Source: Candidatus Krumholzibacteriia bacterium (lineage in GTDB: Bacteria; Krumholzibacteriota; Krumholzibacteriia; Krumholzibacteriales; Krumholzibacteriaceae). Taken from it: 64,000 nt of DNA. A program made the position numbers and the translations under genes. Below are positions 28,001 through 36,847 of this stretch, piece by piece (position 1 is the first letter of the stretch; each line of letters begins with the position of its first letter). The stretch spans positions 1,376 to 65,375 of the forward strand of contig JALOPX010000001.1 of the NCBI GenBank assembly GCA_025453655.1, given 5' to 3'. The notes under the pieces were generated by a model that was not told the DNA's origin, ran no database searches, and saw nothing but the letters and a program-made list of their open reading frames with translations.

Positions 28001-28542
28001 AGGATGGCGCCCCTGATCGCGAATTGCCCCTTCGACTCCACCGTCCCGTGCCTTTCGTATCCGAGGCGCACGAGTTTCTCCGCCGCCGCCTGCGGGTCCT
28101 CGCGCCCGCCGACAGCGAGGTCGAAGAGAAGGGCCCTGAAAAGCGATGGGGGGAAGACCTTTTTAAGGATCGCCCTGGGGGTCGAGACGAGCACCCTGCA
28201 TTCCCCTTCGGTCAGCCTCTCCAGCGCGAGCATCTGCTGCCCCGTAAGGTTCCTGTCCGGGTCGTGATAATCGTATGGGAGGATCTCGTCCTCGGGGTAG
28301 GAGACGACTCCCGTCAGGCCGAATTCCTCGAGGTCGGCCGCGATATCCCTCGCGCTTACGGGGTCGGCGGCCAGCACGAGGGCCGGATCGGCGAATTTTC
28401 CGGCGAGAATCGAGAGAACGAGCGATCTCGAGCTTCCGACGAGGCCCGTCGCCGGCGCGGCTCCGCCCTCCTCCCCGAGCCTTCCCTCAAGGGAGCGAAA
28501 GGCGGGGAGGGATTCTATCTTTTCCTTGAGCCTGTCCCACAC
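25093..28542 (-). CDS. mfd: Transcription-repair coupling factor
   Basis: 1149 aa. UvrB-homology N-terminus, an RNAP-interaction domain and superfamily 2 helicase motifs (GDVGFGKTEVALRAAF, DEEHRFG) followed by a TRCF C-terminus. Confidence 0.9.
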   Translation of the reverse strand: MWDRLKEKIESLPAFRSLEGRLGEEGGAAPATGLVGSSRSLVLSILAGKFADPALVLAADPVSARDIAADLEEFGLTGVVSYPEDEILPYDYHDPDRNLTGQQMLALERLTEGECRVLVSTPRAILKKVFPPSLFRALLFDLAVGGREDPQAAAEKLVRLGYERHGTVESKGQFAIRGAILDIFEVASEDPVRIEFDSDEIATIRRFDIETQRSIGNLQRIRIRPLHHLAPDPAGMKRLRAFLAEGAVDGEELKRRMLAADRMEEGILFYGMEHYASVVHDVVPVFEYFDRPPVVVTFDTEDVDTVTEEFREETARRHGQSLEKEHRYPEPDAVYVTGPEMERFLEGKKRIDFRRLPAENAVVFSTSSPGDYRRNLKGLAADIAKDVAGKQQVLIFCSSDAQRERAEEILSDVALDVDFPSGFISNGFRWPGAGVVFLSEEEIFGRYHRSLQSPRARNRSLTYDPSHFQPGDFVVHVNHGIGRYMGMRVLDIEGGRTECLDIRYEGANRLFIPVTQLRMVEKYVAADGVAPQLADLGSRAWNRIREGARKSASRIAGELLEIYAARQLVRGYAFGPDKPWQSEMEASFPWEETPHQLKASAEVKADLESARPMDRLLCGDVGFGKTEVALRAAFKVVLEGKQVAILVPTTVLAMQHLATLTDRLAGFPVRTEMLSRFVSPARQKKIAAEAAEGKVDILVGTHRLLSKDVAFKDLGLVVIDEEHRFGVRHKEIFKMMKKSVDVLSMTATPIPRTLSMAISGIRDISVIDTAPRNRLPIHTEILPFDDGAIRDAIMREIDRGGQVFFVHNRVQSIEVMEGYLHRLLPPRVRIAHAHGQMNERDLERIMIDFLERRFDLLLCTMIIEAGLDFPNVNTIIINRSDRFGLAQLYQLRGRVGRSDRKAYAYMLVPRDRALAPTAVKRLQAISEFDYLGAGYRIAMRDLEIRGAGNLLGHQQSGQINAVGLDMYSRMIREEVARLKGEAPEEEREAKISIPVPAYLPEGYITDSEERMDIYRRLTRVANAAEVSSMMDELVDRFGPPPVPAGNLLMMVELKARAARAGLETVEITKRAMRAGFAAGSSPGRKLLSDLAAAFEGRLTFHTENGFSMTVRTGEAPSNEAGKAGFDSCKTLPGTADLESLLKLLEFYVN

Positions 28543-28549
28543 CGCTCCA

Positions 28550-30583
28550 TCATCCTTCCGTCGCCATCTCTTTTCTCTGCGCTATCAGAAGCTCGGCCGC
28601 GAGGAGCGCCAGCGCCGCCACAACGAGGGGGGTCGATATCTCCCTTCCCTCCCGTGCCGTCCTTATGCCGGCCTCGAACCGGTCTCCCTCGCCGACCGCC
28701 GCCCAGTTCTTCAGCCCGAGCGAATCGGCCGCCTCTTCCGGGCCCATGAACGAAAGATCCGATTCTACCCCGCAATCGGGGTTGACCGCCATCCTGAAAA
28801 CGGTCTCAGCCCCGTCGAGAAGATCGACGAAGCCCGGCAGGTCGCCTGCGGGGATGGCCACGGTCCCGTTCGCCTCCGGCTTGAACTGCGATCCCCCCGG
28901 AAGGACGACGGTATAATCGGCTCCGCTCCTTCCTTTCCGGGAGATCTGGCTTCCGACGAGAGCCCCTTCCCCGGCGGCCGCGCCGTCATCGGTCGCCGTA
29001 ACCGCCTGCTGGACGAGGGGCAGGAAGAGGGGGGAGAGGACGAAGTCGCCTCCCCTGGGGCCCGGGTCGAAAACGGCGAAGATCGCGAGACCCTCTCCCC
29101 TCGCCGTTTTCCACATGAATGGGGTGCCGTCACGATACGACATGAGCCTCTCCTCGGGGGGCACCCCCCCGATCTCGGGAACACGGGCGAAGCGGACACG
29201 CGAAAGGCTCTCGAGATCCTCCCTTCCGAATGGAGAGAGGAACGGGGGCGCCTCGGCGCCAGGATCGAGGCTTCCCCAGGCTCCGCTTCCCTTCCCGAAC
29301 GAGACGCGCGCCTTTTTCCCGCTGAGCCTCCAGACCCTCTCCTCCGCCCCTTCCGTCACGAAGGCGAGGATCCTCCCGCCGCCGGTCACGAACCCTTCGA
29401 GCAGGCCGATGTCGGCCTCCCGCGGCCCCGGGCCGGTCCCCAGCACCACCGCGTCCGCCCATTCGAGGTCGGCCGTGACGAGCTCCCCCCATCCCTTCGA
29501 ACGAAGCGATATGTCGCCCTCCGTCCCCTCGGGGCTCAGGGCCTGTTCGAGCCAGAAGGAATCGGCGCCCGAGAGCAGCAGCACCTTGACCTTTTCCCTT
29601 ACCAGTATGCTGAAGTACCTTCTGTCGTCCGCGGCGAGACGGTCCCCGCTTTTCGAGACCTCCCCCCTGATCCAGCCGGCCCTCTCCATCGGGATATCGA
29701 TCCTCTCCGTCCTGGCCGCCCCGGGGCCGAGATCGATCTCCCTTTCGATGACGACCGTGCCGTCCAGGGCCACCCTGACCGGGAATTTCGCCGCCATCTC
29801 CGGCGAATGGTTCACGAGGGTCACGACGAGCCGGGCCGTCTCCGAACGGTGCACGGCGGCCCTCGGAGTCAGCACCGACGATACGGCGGCGTTCGGCCCC
29901 GGCTCCGGCCGGATCGGCATCAGGAAGGTCCTGACGGGGAAGTCGTACCTTCTCGTCCCGCCCCCTCCGGCGCCGCCGCGTTGAAAATCCGAGACGATGT
30001 AGAGCTCCTTCGCGCCGATCCTCGAAGCGCCAAGGATCGACATGGCGTCGTCGACCGCCCCGCGAAGATCGGTCCCGTAGTGGGACGGCTCGAGATCCCC
30101 CAGCATGTCGAGCGCAGGCCCGGGAGTGAATCGCCTTCCCTCGTAGAGCTTTTCCCTGCGGCCGTCGAAGAGAAGGATCGTCACCTCGTCCTCCTCTCCG
30201 AGGACCGAGGCGATCCTTTCCACCTGCTTCTTCGCCCTCTCGAAAACGGTCCCCCCTCCCCCGCCGACCCCCATGCTGTAGCTGCGGTCGAGAAGGACGC
30301 AGGCGGCCCTCGGCCCCCCGCCGGGGAAAAGGGCTGCCGGCCCGCCGGTAATGACGGGGCGCGCGAAGGCGAGCGCGACAAGGGCGATCGCCGCCATTCT
30401 CAGCGCGAGAAGAATGAGCCTGCGAAGGTTTATCCTGCGCATGCTCCTCCGGTCGGAGAGCGCGAGGAACCTCAGCGTGCTGAAGCGGACCTCCCGCACC
30501 CTGCGGCGGCTGAACAGATGTATCACCAGCGGGATGGCCGCCGCCGCGAGAAGGGCGAGAAAGAGCGGATTGAGGAAATTCAT
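28550..30583 (-). CDS. BatA-like protein: N-terminal double-TM anchor plus von Willebrand factor A domain
   Basis: N-terminal MNFLNPLFLALLAAAAIPLVIHLF..RR motif and a vWA MIDAS motif (LLDRSYSM). Confidence 0.7.
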   Translation of the reverse strand: MNFLNPLFLALLAAAAIPLVIHLFSRRRVREVRFSTLRFLALSDRRSMRRINLRRLILLALRMAAIALVALAFARPVITGGPAALFPGGGPRAACVLLDRSYSMGVGGGGGTVFERAKKQVERIASVLGEEDEVTILLFDGRREKLYEGRRFTPGPALDMLGDLEPSHYGTDLRGAVDDAMSILGASRIGAKELYIVSDFQRGGAGGGGTRRYDFPVRTFLMPIRPEPGPNAAVSSVLTPRAAVHRSETARLVVTLVNHSPEMAAKFPVRVALDGTVVIEREIDLGPGAARTERIDIPMERAGWIRGEVSKSGDRLAADDRRYFSILVREKVKVLLLSGADSFWLEQALSPEGTEGDISLRSKGWGELVTADLEWADAVVLGTGPGPREADIGLLEGFVTGGGRILAFVTEGAEERVWRLSGKKARVSFGKGSGAWGSLDPGAEAPPFLSPFGREDLESLSRVRFARVPEIGGVPPEERLMSYRDGTPFMWKTARGEGLAIFAVFDPGPRGGDFVLSPLFLPLVQQAVTATDDGAAAGEGALVGSQISRKGRSGADYTVVLPGGSQFKPEANGTVAIPAGDLPGFVDLLDGAETVFRMAVNPDCGVESDLSFMGPEEAADSLGLKNWAAVGEGDRFEAGIRTAREGREISTPLVVAALALLAAELLIAQRKEMATEG

Positions 30584-30650
30584 CGCCGCCCCCCCGTCGT
30601 CCCTCCGGGAGAGCGGGCACCCGGTGCGCCTCCGGGCCGCGCCGATATAT

Positions 30651-31556
30651 TCATCGCATCCTCTGTCTTTTGCTCAGATACGAAAAGAGAGCCTTGTCGA
30701 AAGGGGTGTCCGTTGTTATCAGGTTGTAATCGATCCCGTTTTCCTTGCTGCTTCTTTCGAGCTCCGCCGCCCACAGCCCGACCTCGCGCCTGTATTCCTT
30801 TTTAACCAGCCAGGGGCGCGAGCGAAGCTTCTCCCCGGTCTCGAGGTCGACGAAGCGGACCTCCCCCCTGTAGTCGAGAGAAAGCTCCATGGGGTCGAGC
30901 AGGTGAAAGACGATCATCTCGTGCCCCCTGTGCCTGAAGTGCTTCAGGCCGTTGATTATCCTGGCGGGCTCGTCGAACAGGTCGCTCACCAGGACGATCA
31001 GCCCCTTTCTCCTTATCCTCTCGGCCATCTCGTGAAGGGTGCCGCTGATCTCGGTCTTCGCCCCGGGGACCGTCTCCCCGAGGGTCTTCATCAGGTGGAA
31101 AAGCTGGCGCCTCACCGACCTGTGGGGGATCATCGTGTTGATCCTCTCGTCGAAGACGGCGAGGCCGACTGCGTCGCGCTGTTTTATCATGAGGTACGCG
31201 AGCGCCGCGCAGAGAAGGGTCCCGTAGCGAAGCTTCGTCACCCCGCCGCTTTCGAACCCCATCGACGCGCTCCTGTCCAGCAGGAGGGTCGCCTTCAGAT
31301 TCGTCTCGTCCTCGAAGATCCTCGTATAGTACCTGTCGGTCTTGGCGAATATCTTCCAGTCGATGTTCCTCGTCGATTCTCCGTCGTCGTACTGCCTGTA
31401 CTCGGCGAATTCGACGGAGAAGCCGTGGTACGGCGACCTGTGCAGCCCCGCGATGAATCCCTCGACGATGAGCCGGGCGAGAAGATCCATGTTCGCCAGG
31501 CGGCTCACCGTCTCGGGGCGAAGGAATTCGTTTATCTGCGCTTTTTCCGGTGGCAT
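30651..31556 (-). CDS. DUF58 (vWA-like, MoxR-associated) protein
   Basis: DUF58 signature (HRSPYHGFSVEFAEYRQY...LLLDRSASMGF). Lies immediately downstream of moxR. Confidence 0.75.
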   Translation of the reverse strand: MPPEKAQINEFLRPETVSRLANMDLLARLIVEGFIAGLHRSPYHGFSVEFAEYRQYDDGESTRNIDWKIFAKTDRYYTRIFEDETNLKATLLLDRSASMGFESGGVTKLRYGTLLCAALAYLMIKQRDAVGLAVFDERINTMIPHRSVRRQLFHLMKTLGETVPGAKTEISGTLHEMAERIRRKGLIVLVSDLFDEPARIINGLKHFRHRGHEMIVFHLLDPMELSLDYRGEVRFVDLETGEKLRSRPWLVKKEYRREVGLWAAELERSSKENGIDYNLITTDTPFDKALFSYLSKRQRMR

Positions 31557-31597
31557 TTTCGGGCTCCGCCGCTCGCCGGTCCGTCAGGCCCGCCGGC

Positions 31598-32581
31598 TCA
31601 CGGCTGAACGAGTTCCAGCAGGCGGCCGACGAGCTCCTCCGTCGTGACCCCGTCCGCCTCGGCGTGAAAGTTCGTCACCAGCCTGTGCCGGAGGACCGGA
31701 CGGGCGACGGCGCGGACATCCTCGATATCGGGGGTCGTCCTTCCCGCCATGATGGCGCGCGTCTTCGCTCCGAGAATCAGGTATTGCCCGGCCCTCGGCC
31801 CCGCGCCCCACGAGAGATATTGTCCCACGTCCGGGAAATCCCCGCCCCTGCTCGCCCTCACGAGCCTCACGGCGTAGGAGAGTATCCTCTCCGAGACGGG
31901 AACCTTCATGATCATCTTCTGTATGCCGAGTATCTCGGCCCCACCGAGAACCTTCGCGGGTTTCGACGGGGGAAGGGATGTGGTCGTGTCCACGATCCGC
32001 ATCTCCTCGCTCTCGGTCGGATAATCCACCTTTATGTTGAACATGAACCTGTCGAGCTGCGCCTCGGGAAGGGGGTATGTCCCCTCGAGCTCGATCGGGT
32101 TCTGCGTCGCGAGGACGAAGAAGGGGCGTTCGAGAAGGTGCGTCCCTCCGCCGACCGTCACGGAGAACTCCTGCATCGCCTGAAGGAGGGCCGCCTGCGT
32201 CTTGGGCGGCGTCCTGTTTATCTCGTCGGCCAGAACGATGTTCGCGAAGACCGGTCCCCGGATGAACCTGAAGACCCTCGTGCTCGTCGTCCTGTCCTCC
32301 TCGAGCACCTCCGTCCCCATTATGTCGCTCGGCATCAGGTCGGGGGTGAACTGTATCCTCGAAAATTTCAGCCCCAGGCATTCGGCGACCGTCGACACCA
32401 TGAGCGTCTTCGCAAGGCCCGGCACCCCGACGAGCAGGCAGTGCCCTCCGGAGAAAAGGGCCATCGCCAGCTCGTCGACGACCCTGTCCTGCCCCACGAT
32501 CACGCGGGCGATCTCGGTCTTGAGCTGCCCGTACGCCTCGCCGAAGCGTTCGAGCATCCTTTCTTCGCCGTAAGTCTCCAT
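31598..32581 (-). CDS. moxR: MoxR-family AAA+ ATPase
   Basis: Walker A GVPGLAKT, Walker B VLADEINR and a MoxR C-terminus. Confidence 0.85.
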   Translation of the reverse strand: METYGEERMLERFGEAYGQLKTEIARVIVGQDRVVDELAMALFSGGHCLLVGVPGLAKTLMVSTVAECLGLKFSRIQFTPDLMPSDIMGTEVLEEDRTTSTRVFRFIRGPVFANIVLADEINRTPPKTQAALLQAMQEFSVTVGGGTHLLERPFFVLATQNPIELEGTYPLPEAQLDRFMFNIKVDYPTESEEMRIVDTTTSLPPSKPAKVLGGAEILGIQKMIMKVPVSERILSYAVRLVRASRGGDFPDVGQYLSWGAGPRAGQYLILGAKTRAIMAGRTTPDIEDVRAVARPVLRHRLVTNFHAEADGVTTEELVGRLLELVQP

Positions 32582-32604
32582 GCGGCCCCTTCCCCCGATC
32601 GTTA

Positions 32605-34515
32605 CTATGCTCCGCCGCGGTCTTCCCTCAGGTGCCTGTCGAGAAATTCCAGGATGGCCCCGTAGCCGGCCATCCTGTTCTTTCTCTTTAAAAATCCATG
32701 CCCCTCGTCCTCGAAGATCATGTACTCGACCTGCGCCCCGTTATCTCTCGCGGCCTTGACGATTTCATCCGATTCGACCTTGAGCACCTGCGGGTCGTTC
32801 CACCCCTGCAGAACCATGAGCGGCTTCGTGATCCTCTCGGCGTGGAAAAGGGGCGAAATGCTCCTGAGATATTCCGCGTCCCTTTCGGGATGCCCCATCT
32901 CCCTGTACATCGCCTCCCTGTAGCTTTCCCTCCAGGCCGGGAGGCTCTGCAGGGTCCTGAGCCAGTTCGATATGCCGAACAGGTCGACGCCGGCCGCGAA
33001 TTCCTCCGGGGCGAAGGTCAGGGCCGCGAGCGCCATGTACCCTCCGTAGCTCGCCCCGAGTATCGCGACCCGGTGCGGGTCGACGTACCCGGTCATCACC
33101 AGCCAGTTCTTTCCCTCGATGCAGTCGCGCAGATCGTCCTGCCCGTGCCTCATGTCGTCGAGGGCGAGAAATCTTTTGCCGTACCCCGAGCTTCCCCTGT
33201 TGTTCACGGAGAGAACCGCGTAGCCGTGATTTACAAAGTATTGGATGGCGTCGCTGTAGGTTTTTCTCGCCTGCCCCCCGGGGCCGCCGTGAACGTGGAT
33301 GATCGCGGGAATGCTGTCGCCCGGCCTGATATTTTTCGGCTTGTAGTAGTTCGCCGGTATGACCTCCCCGTCGAAGGAGCGGTACCTGACCACCTGGGCG
33401 TCGACGAGATCGTCCCGGTCTATCGCGGGGTTCAGCGAATTCGTTATGCGGTGGGATTTACGGGTCTGGAAATCGTAGACGTGGATGTCCGTCGGGGAGC
33501 TGGCGCTGCCGTGATAGAATCTCATGTACCTGTCGCTTCTCGAAAAATATATCGCCGTGATCTCGCCGCCCGGAAGATCCGGAAGTTCCACGGGGGCGCC
33601 GCCCGCCGCGTCGCGCACAATTATCTCGATCGACCCGTCATTGTTGATCCCCGTGACCTTGTATTTCCCTTTCCATGAAAAATGCGAATAGACGATATCC
33701 CACTGCGCCTTCTCTACGGTTTCGGCAGAGCCCGTGCCGATCTCGATCCTTTTGACGTAGAGATACTCGCTCCCCTCGTCGGTCAGATAGTACAGGTATC
33801 TGGAATCGGGAGAGAAGTCGTTCGGCAGAAAATTGACCTCGCCCTCATGCGGGGAAAGGTGCGTCGTCACCCCCGTCTCCCTGTCGTAGAGGTACATTTC
33901 CGAATTGTGTTCCGTGATGGTCCGCGTGAAGGCCAGGTAGCGGTCGTCGTTCGACATCGCCCCCAGGCTGTATCCCGCGTCGTTGAGGTAGATCATCCTC
34001 GGCTCCAGGGTCCTGACATCCATCACGTAAACGTCCATGAATCTCTGGTCTCTTTTATTCGAGCCGAAAACGAAGTGGTCCCTGACCGAAGTCCACCCGT
34101 AAAAGACCGACTTCGCGTTTTTCCATGGGGTAAGATCCCTGACGCTTCCGTCGAGTTCCCGCAAATAAATATGATGTATCTCGTTCCCGCCCTCGTCGCT
34201 CAGGTAGAGGATGCGGTCGTCGTCCGGGAAATACGAAAGGGCGAAGATCGAGTTTTTCCTGGAGTCGGTCAGTTGCACGGCCTCCCCGCCCAGGACGGGG
34301 GCGGAATAGATGTTGAATATCCCCGTATTGTCCGCGGTGAAGAGGATCCTGCTCTCGTCGTGGGAGAAGACCCCGCCGCTCACGAGGTTGTTCCCCATGA
34401 ATTCTTCTATAGTGTATCGCCTGTTCTCTCCGCCGCCGCATCCGGCAACGATGGTCGCCAGCATAATCGCGGCCGGCAGAATCAAAGAAAGAACGGCCGT
34501 ATTCCTCTTCTTCAT
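32605..34515 (-). CDS. S9-family serine peptidase lipoprotein (beta-propeller plus alpha/beta hydrolase; prolyl oligopeptidase / acylaminoacyl peptidase-like)
   Basis: Lipobox LATIVAGC, an N-terminal propeller region and the C-terminal nucleophile elbow GASYGGYMA with catalytic-triad context (..DDMRHGQDD.., ..EDEGHGF). Confidence 0.8.
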   Translation of the reverse strand: MKKRNTAVLSLILPAAIMLATIVAGCGGGENRRYTIEEFMGNNLVSGGVFSHDESRILFTADNTGIFNIYSAPVLGGEAVQLTDSRKNSIFALSYFPDDDRILYLSDEGGNEIHHIYLRELDGSVRDLTPWKNAKSVFYGWTSVRDHFVFGSNKRDQRFMDVYVMDVRTLEPRMIYLNDAGYSLGAMSNDDRYLAFTRTITEHNSEMYLYDRETGVTTHLSPHEGEVNFLPNDFSPDSRYLYYLTDEGSEYLYVKRIEIGTGSAETVEKAQWDIVYSHFSWKGKYKVTGINNDGSIEIIVRDAAGGAPVELPDLPGGEITAIYFSRSDRYMRFYHGSASSPTDIHVYDFQTRKSHRITNSLNPAIDRDDLVDAQVVRYRSFDGEVIPANYYKPKNIRPGDSIPAIIHVHGGPGGQARKTYSDAIQYFVNHGYAVLSVNNRGSSGYGKRFLALDDMRHGQDDLRDCIEGKNWLVMTGYVDPHRVAILGASYGGYMALAALTFAPEEFAAGVDLFGISNWLRTLQSLPAWRESYREAMYREMGHPERDAEYLRSISPLFHAERITKPLMVLQGWNDPQVLKVESDEIVKAARDNGAQVEYMIFEDEGHGFLKRKNRMAGYGAILEFLDRHLREDRGGA

Positions 34516-34863
34516 CGATCCTCCTCGAACGAACGTCTTGCGGCCCCGTGGCGGGATGGAAGCCCCGCATCACTTCTAAACGCAGGCCGCCCGCTGGTTC
34601 CATTCTTTTTTATCATGTTATGGCTTTTTTTTCAAGCGTTTGCGATGGGTTTCCTTGGTTTTTGATTCAGGATGAACCGGCAGGCTCACGGCAAGGCTGC
34701 CATTGCCTCGCGCCAATATGGCGGGTTTTGTGTGCCATCGCACCGAGCAAATGGCAGTCCATTTGTTGTTTTCTGGCAGGCACCGGCGCGGAGAGGGGCG
34801 CGCGAGGCCCGATCTCACGCTTAACACGCTGTCAATTTTGATGTTGCAAAACCACACAAATTC

Positions 34864-34880
34864 TGGCATGCAGGATGCAA
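34864..34880 (+). promoter_or_regulatory. Candidate sigma-54 (-24/-12) promoter upstream of hsp20
   Basis: TGGCATG-N4-ATGCA against the consensus TGGCACG-N4-TTGCA. GG-to-GC spacing is exactly 12. It lies ~90 nt upstream of the hsp20 start. Several TGGCA/TGCCA inverted motifs lie 80-170 nt further upstream. Confidence 0.45.
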
Positions 34881-34971
34881 TATCGTCGATAGAGTCCGGA
34901 CAAAGAGGTTTCAAAATTTCAACAATAGTGAGCCTTTTGGGGTTGGCTGGTATAAAACAAGGAGGTTGGTC

Positions 34972-35421
34972 GTGAAACTTATGAAGTGGTATCCCGGAGT
35001 TACAGGAGTGACCACGTTCCAGGACGAGGTCGAGGATCTTTTCAACAACCTGTTTCTTGCGAACAGGCGCAGGGTAGATCTGGGGAGCGGGGTATGGATT
35101 CCCAGGGTAAACATCAGGGAACACGAAGACAAGTACGAGCTTACGGCCGAAATCCCCGGGATGAACAAGGATGAGATCAGCATCGAGCTGCAGGACAACA
35201 ACCTGACCATCCGCGGCGAAAAGAAGGCCGAATCGGAAGCGAAGGACGAGAATTTCCATATATGCGAAAGAGTATACGGGAAGTTCGAGAGGTCCTTCCT
35301 CCTTCCCGAAGACACATCGGCCGAAGGAGTCGAGGCCGAGTACAAGGATGGGATTCTTGCGGTTTCCATCCCCAAGACCGAAAAGCAGAAACCCAAAGAG
35401 ATCAAGGTCAGGGTGAAGTAG
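34972..35421 (+). CDS. Small heat-shock protein, Hsp20/alpha-crystallin family
   Basis: Alpha-crystallin domain (DIREHEDKYELTAEIPG...ELQDNNLTIRGEK...GILAVSIPK). GTG start 6 nt after GGAGG; an alternative ATG lies at 34981. Confidence 0.85.
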   Translation: MKLMKWYPGVTGVTTFQDEVEDLFNNLFLANRRRVDLGSGVWIPRVNIREHEDKYELTAEIPGMNKDEISIELQDNNLTIRGEKKAESEAKDENFHICERVYGKFERSFLLPEDTSAEGVEAEYKDGILAVSIPKTEKQKPKEIKVRVK

Positions 35422-35537
35422 CCGGACTACGATCCGCAAAAGAAAGGGAGCCGCGTCATGCGCGGCTCCCTTTTTCTATATATCCCGCACCCTGTGCGAA
35501 GCCGGATACCCTGCGCCGGGCCTGCGGCCCGCCGCCG

Positions 35538-36026
35538 TTACCGCGACCACGTGCCCGCGTGTTCCCTTTTCTCCTTCGACTTGTCGTCCTGCCCCTGCAT
35601 CCCCTGCTGAATCGCAGCGGGCTGGTTGTGGCTTTTGCCGTCGGGGCTCATCTTGCAGGAGCCTTCGAAGAAGACCCCCTCATCGATGACGAGCCGGATC
35701 GTCTTGATATCCCCCTCGAGCCTCGACCCGGCCTGAAGCTCTATCTTCTCCCTGGCATCTATATTCCCCTTGACCTTCCCGCCTATGACGGCGCTCGTGA
35801 CGGATATGTCGGCCTTGACGCTGCCATCCTTGCCGACCACGAGGGTTCCCGGGCAATTTATCGTGCCCTCGAAATCCCCGTCGATTCTCAGGGTTCCTTC
35901 CTTGACATCTATGGTCCCTTTTACCGTGCATCCCTGTCCGAGTATCGAGTTCATTTTACCCTCCGTTATCATCTTTTCACCCTCTTTCCCGAATATCGCG
36001 ATCCCTTTCGACTGGCTTTTTTTCAT
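35538..36026 (-). CDS. Bactofilin (CcmA-like polymer-forming cytoskeletal protein)
   Basis: Bactofilin beta-helix repeats (GCTVKGTIDVKEGTLRIDGDFEGTINCPGTLVVGKDGSVKADI..) and a disordered Q/K-rich C-terminal tail. Confidence 0.8.
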   Translation of the reverse strand: MKKSQSKGIAIFGKEGEKMITEGKMNSILGQGCTVKGTIDVKEGTLRIDGDFEGTINCPGTLVVGKDGSVKADISVTSAVIGGKVKGNIDAREKIELQAGSRLEGDIKTIRLVIDEGVFFEGSCKMSPDGKSHNQPAAIQQGMQGQDDKSKEKREHAGTWSR

Positions 36027-36036
36027 ATCTATTACC

Positions 36037-36840
36037 TCATTTTAAAAGGTATTTTAAAGGGTCGACAGAAATATTGTTCTGTATGACCTCGAAATGAAGG
36101 TGCGGCGCCGAGCTTGTCCCCGTGTTCCCTGAATACGCGATCGTCTGTCCGCGCCCCACTCTTTCGTCCTTAACTACTACCACCCTGTCGTTATGCCCGT
36201 AAAGGGTTTTTATTCCATATCCATGATCGACCGTCACAAGATATCCGTAAGTATCGTCCCATCCGGCCTCTATGACATATCCAGCCGCGGCGGCCCTGAT
36301 CGGCACCCCCCGTTCCAGCGCGATGTCGATTCCCGGATGATGTTCGGGGCCAGACCTCCCGCTCGTCACGCTGAACCCCCTCGTGATGTGTCCCCGTGCC
36401 GGCCAGAAACTTGGAAATGCGAGAAGCATCTGCGTTTTTTCGTTTTCCACCTCCTGTGTTCCGGTTTCACCCGCCTCCGTCGCTCCGGCGGTCCATGTCG
36501 TGTCCCCCCGGGCGGCGCCGAGCAGTCTCCTTACCTTTATTTCCATCACGTTGAGCTCGGCCAGGTCCCTCATCAGGATCCCTATCTTTTCGTTTCTCCT
36601 GGTCAGCTCTTCGACCTGCCTTTCGAGCATCACGATCTCCCGCGCCTTCAGGAGCAGATTCCCATATGTCGCCAGAAAGATCGTCAGCCCCACGATCCCC
36701 ACGGCAAGAACCCCGACGAATACGTAGAAAAACATGTACGATATCTTGTAGGTCCTCGTTTTCTGTATGTCGTGAGGCACTATGATTACCGAGAACTTCT
36801 CGTTTTTATTTATCCGCCGGATTATCCACCCCCGGAACAA
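36037..36840 (-). CDS. Membrane-anchored M23 (LytM) metalloendopeptidase
   Basis: N-terminal TM helix, a coiled-coil segment and an M23 domain with HPGIDIA and GHNDRVVV..HLHFEV motifs. There is a 7-nt gap after parB and an 11-nt gap before the bactofilin. Confidence 0.8.
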   Translation of the reverse strand: MFRGWIIRRINKNEKFSVIIVPHDIQKTRTYKISYMFFYVFVGVLAVGIVGLTIFLATYGNLLLKAREIVMLERQVEELTRRNEKIGILMRDLAELNVMEIKVRRLLGAARGDTTWTAGATEAGETGTQEVENEKTQMLLAFPSFWPARGHITRGFSVTSGRSGPEHHPGIDIALERGVPIRAAAAGYVIEAGWDDTYGYLVTVDHGYGIKTLYGHNDRVVVVKDERVGRGQTIAYSGNTGTSSAPHLHFEVIQNNISVDPLKYLLK

Positions 36841-36847
36841 CCGAACC

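Noticed and set aside
12091-30805. Numerous large overlapping ORFs (12091..13461 +, 13534..14835 +, 16891..18558 +, 17135..18061 -, 19104..19928 +, 20914..22542 +, 25684..27582 +, 26120..27256 -, 28526..30805 +, 29130..30620 -)
   Set aside because: Each overlaps a conserved housekeeping gene on the other strand or frame (tatD/rSAM, metG, envC, ftsE, surA, mfd, batA). The real genes have clear motifs; these do not.
34618-35439. 273-aa minus-strand ORF covering the hsp20 locus
   Set aside because: It is antisense to a clearly recognisable alpha-crystallin gene with SD. Its upstream part spans the non-coding divergent promoter region.
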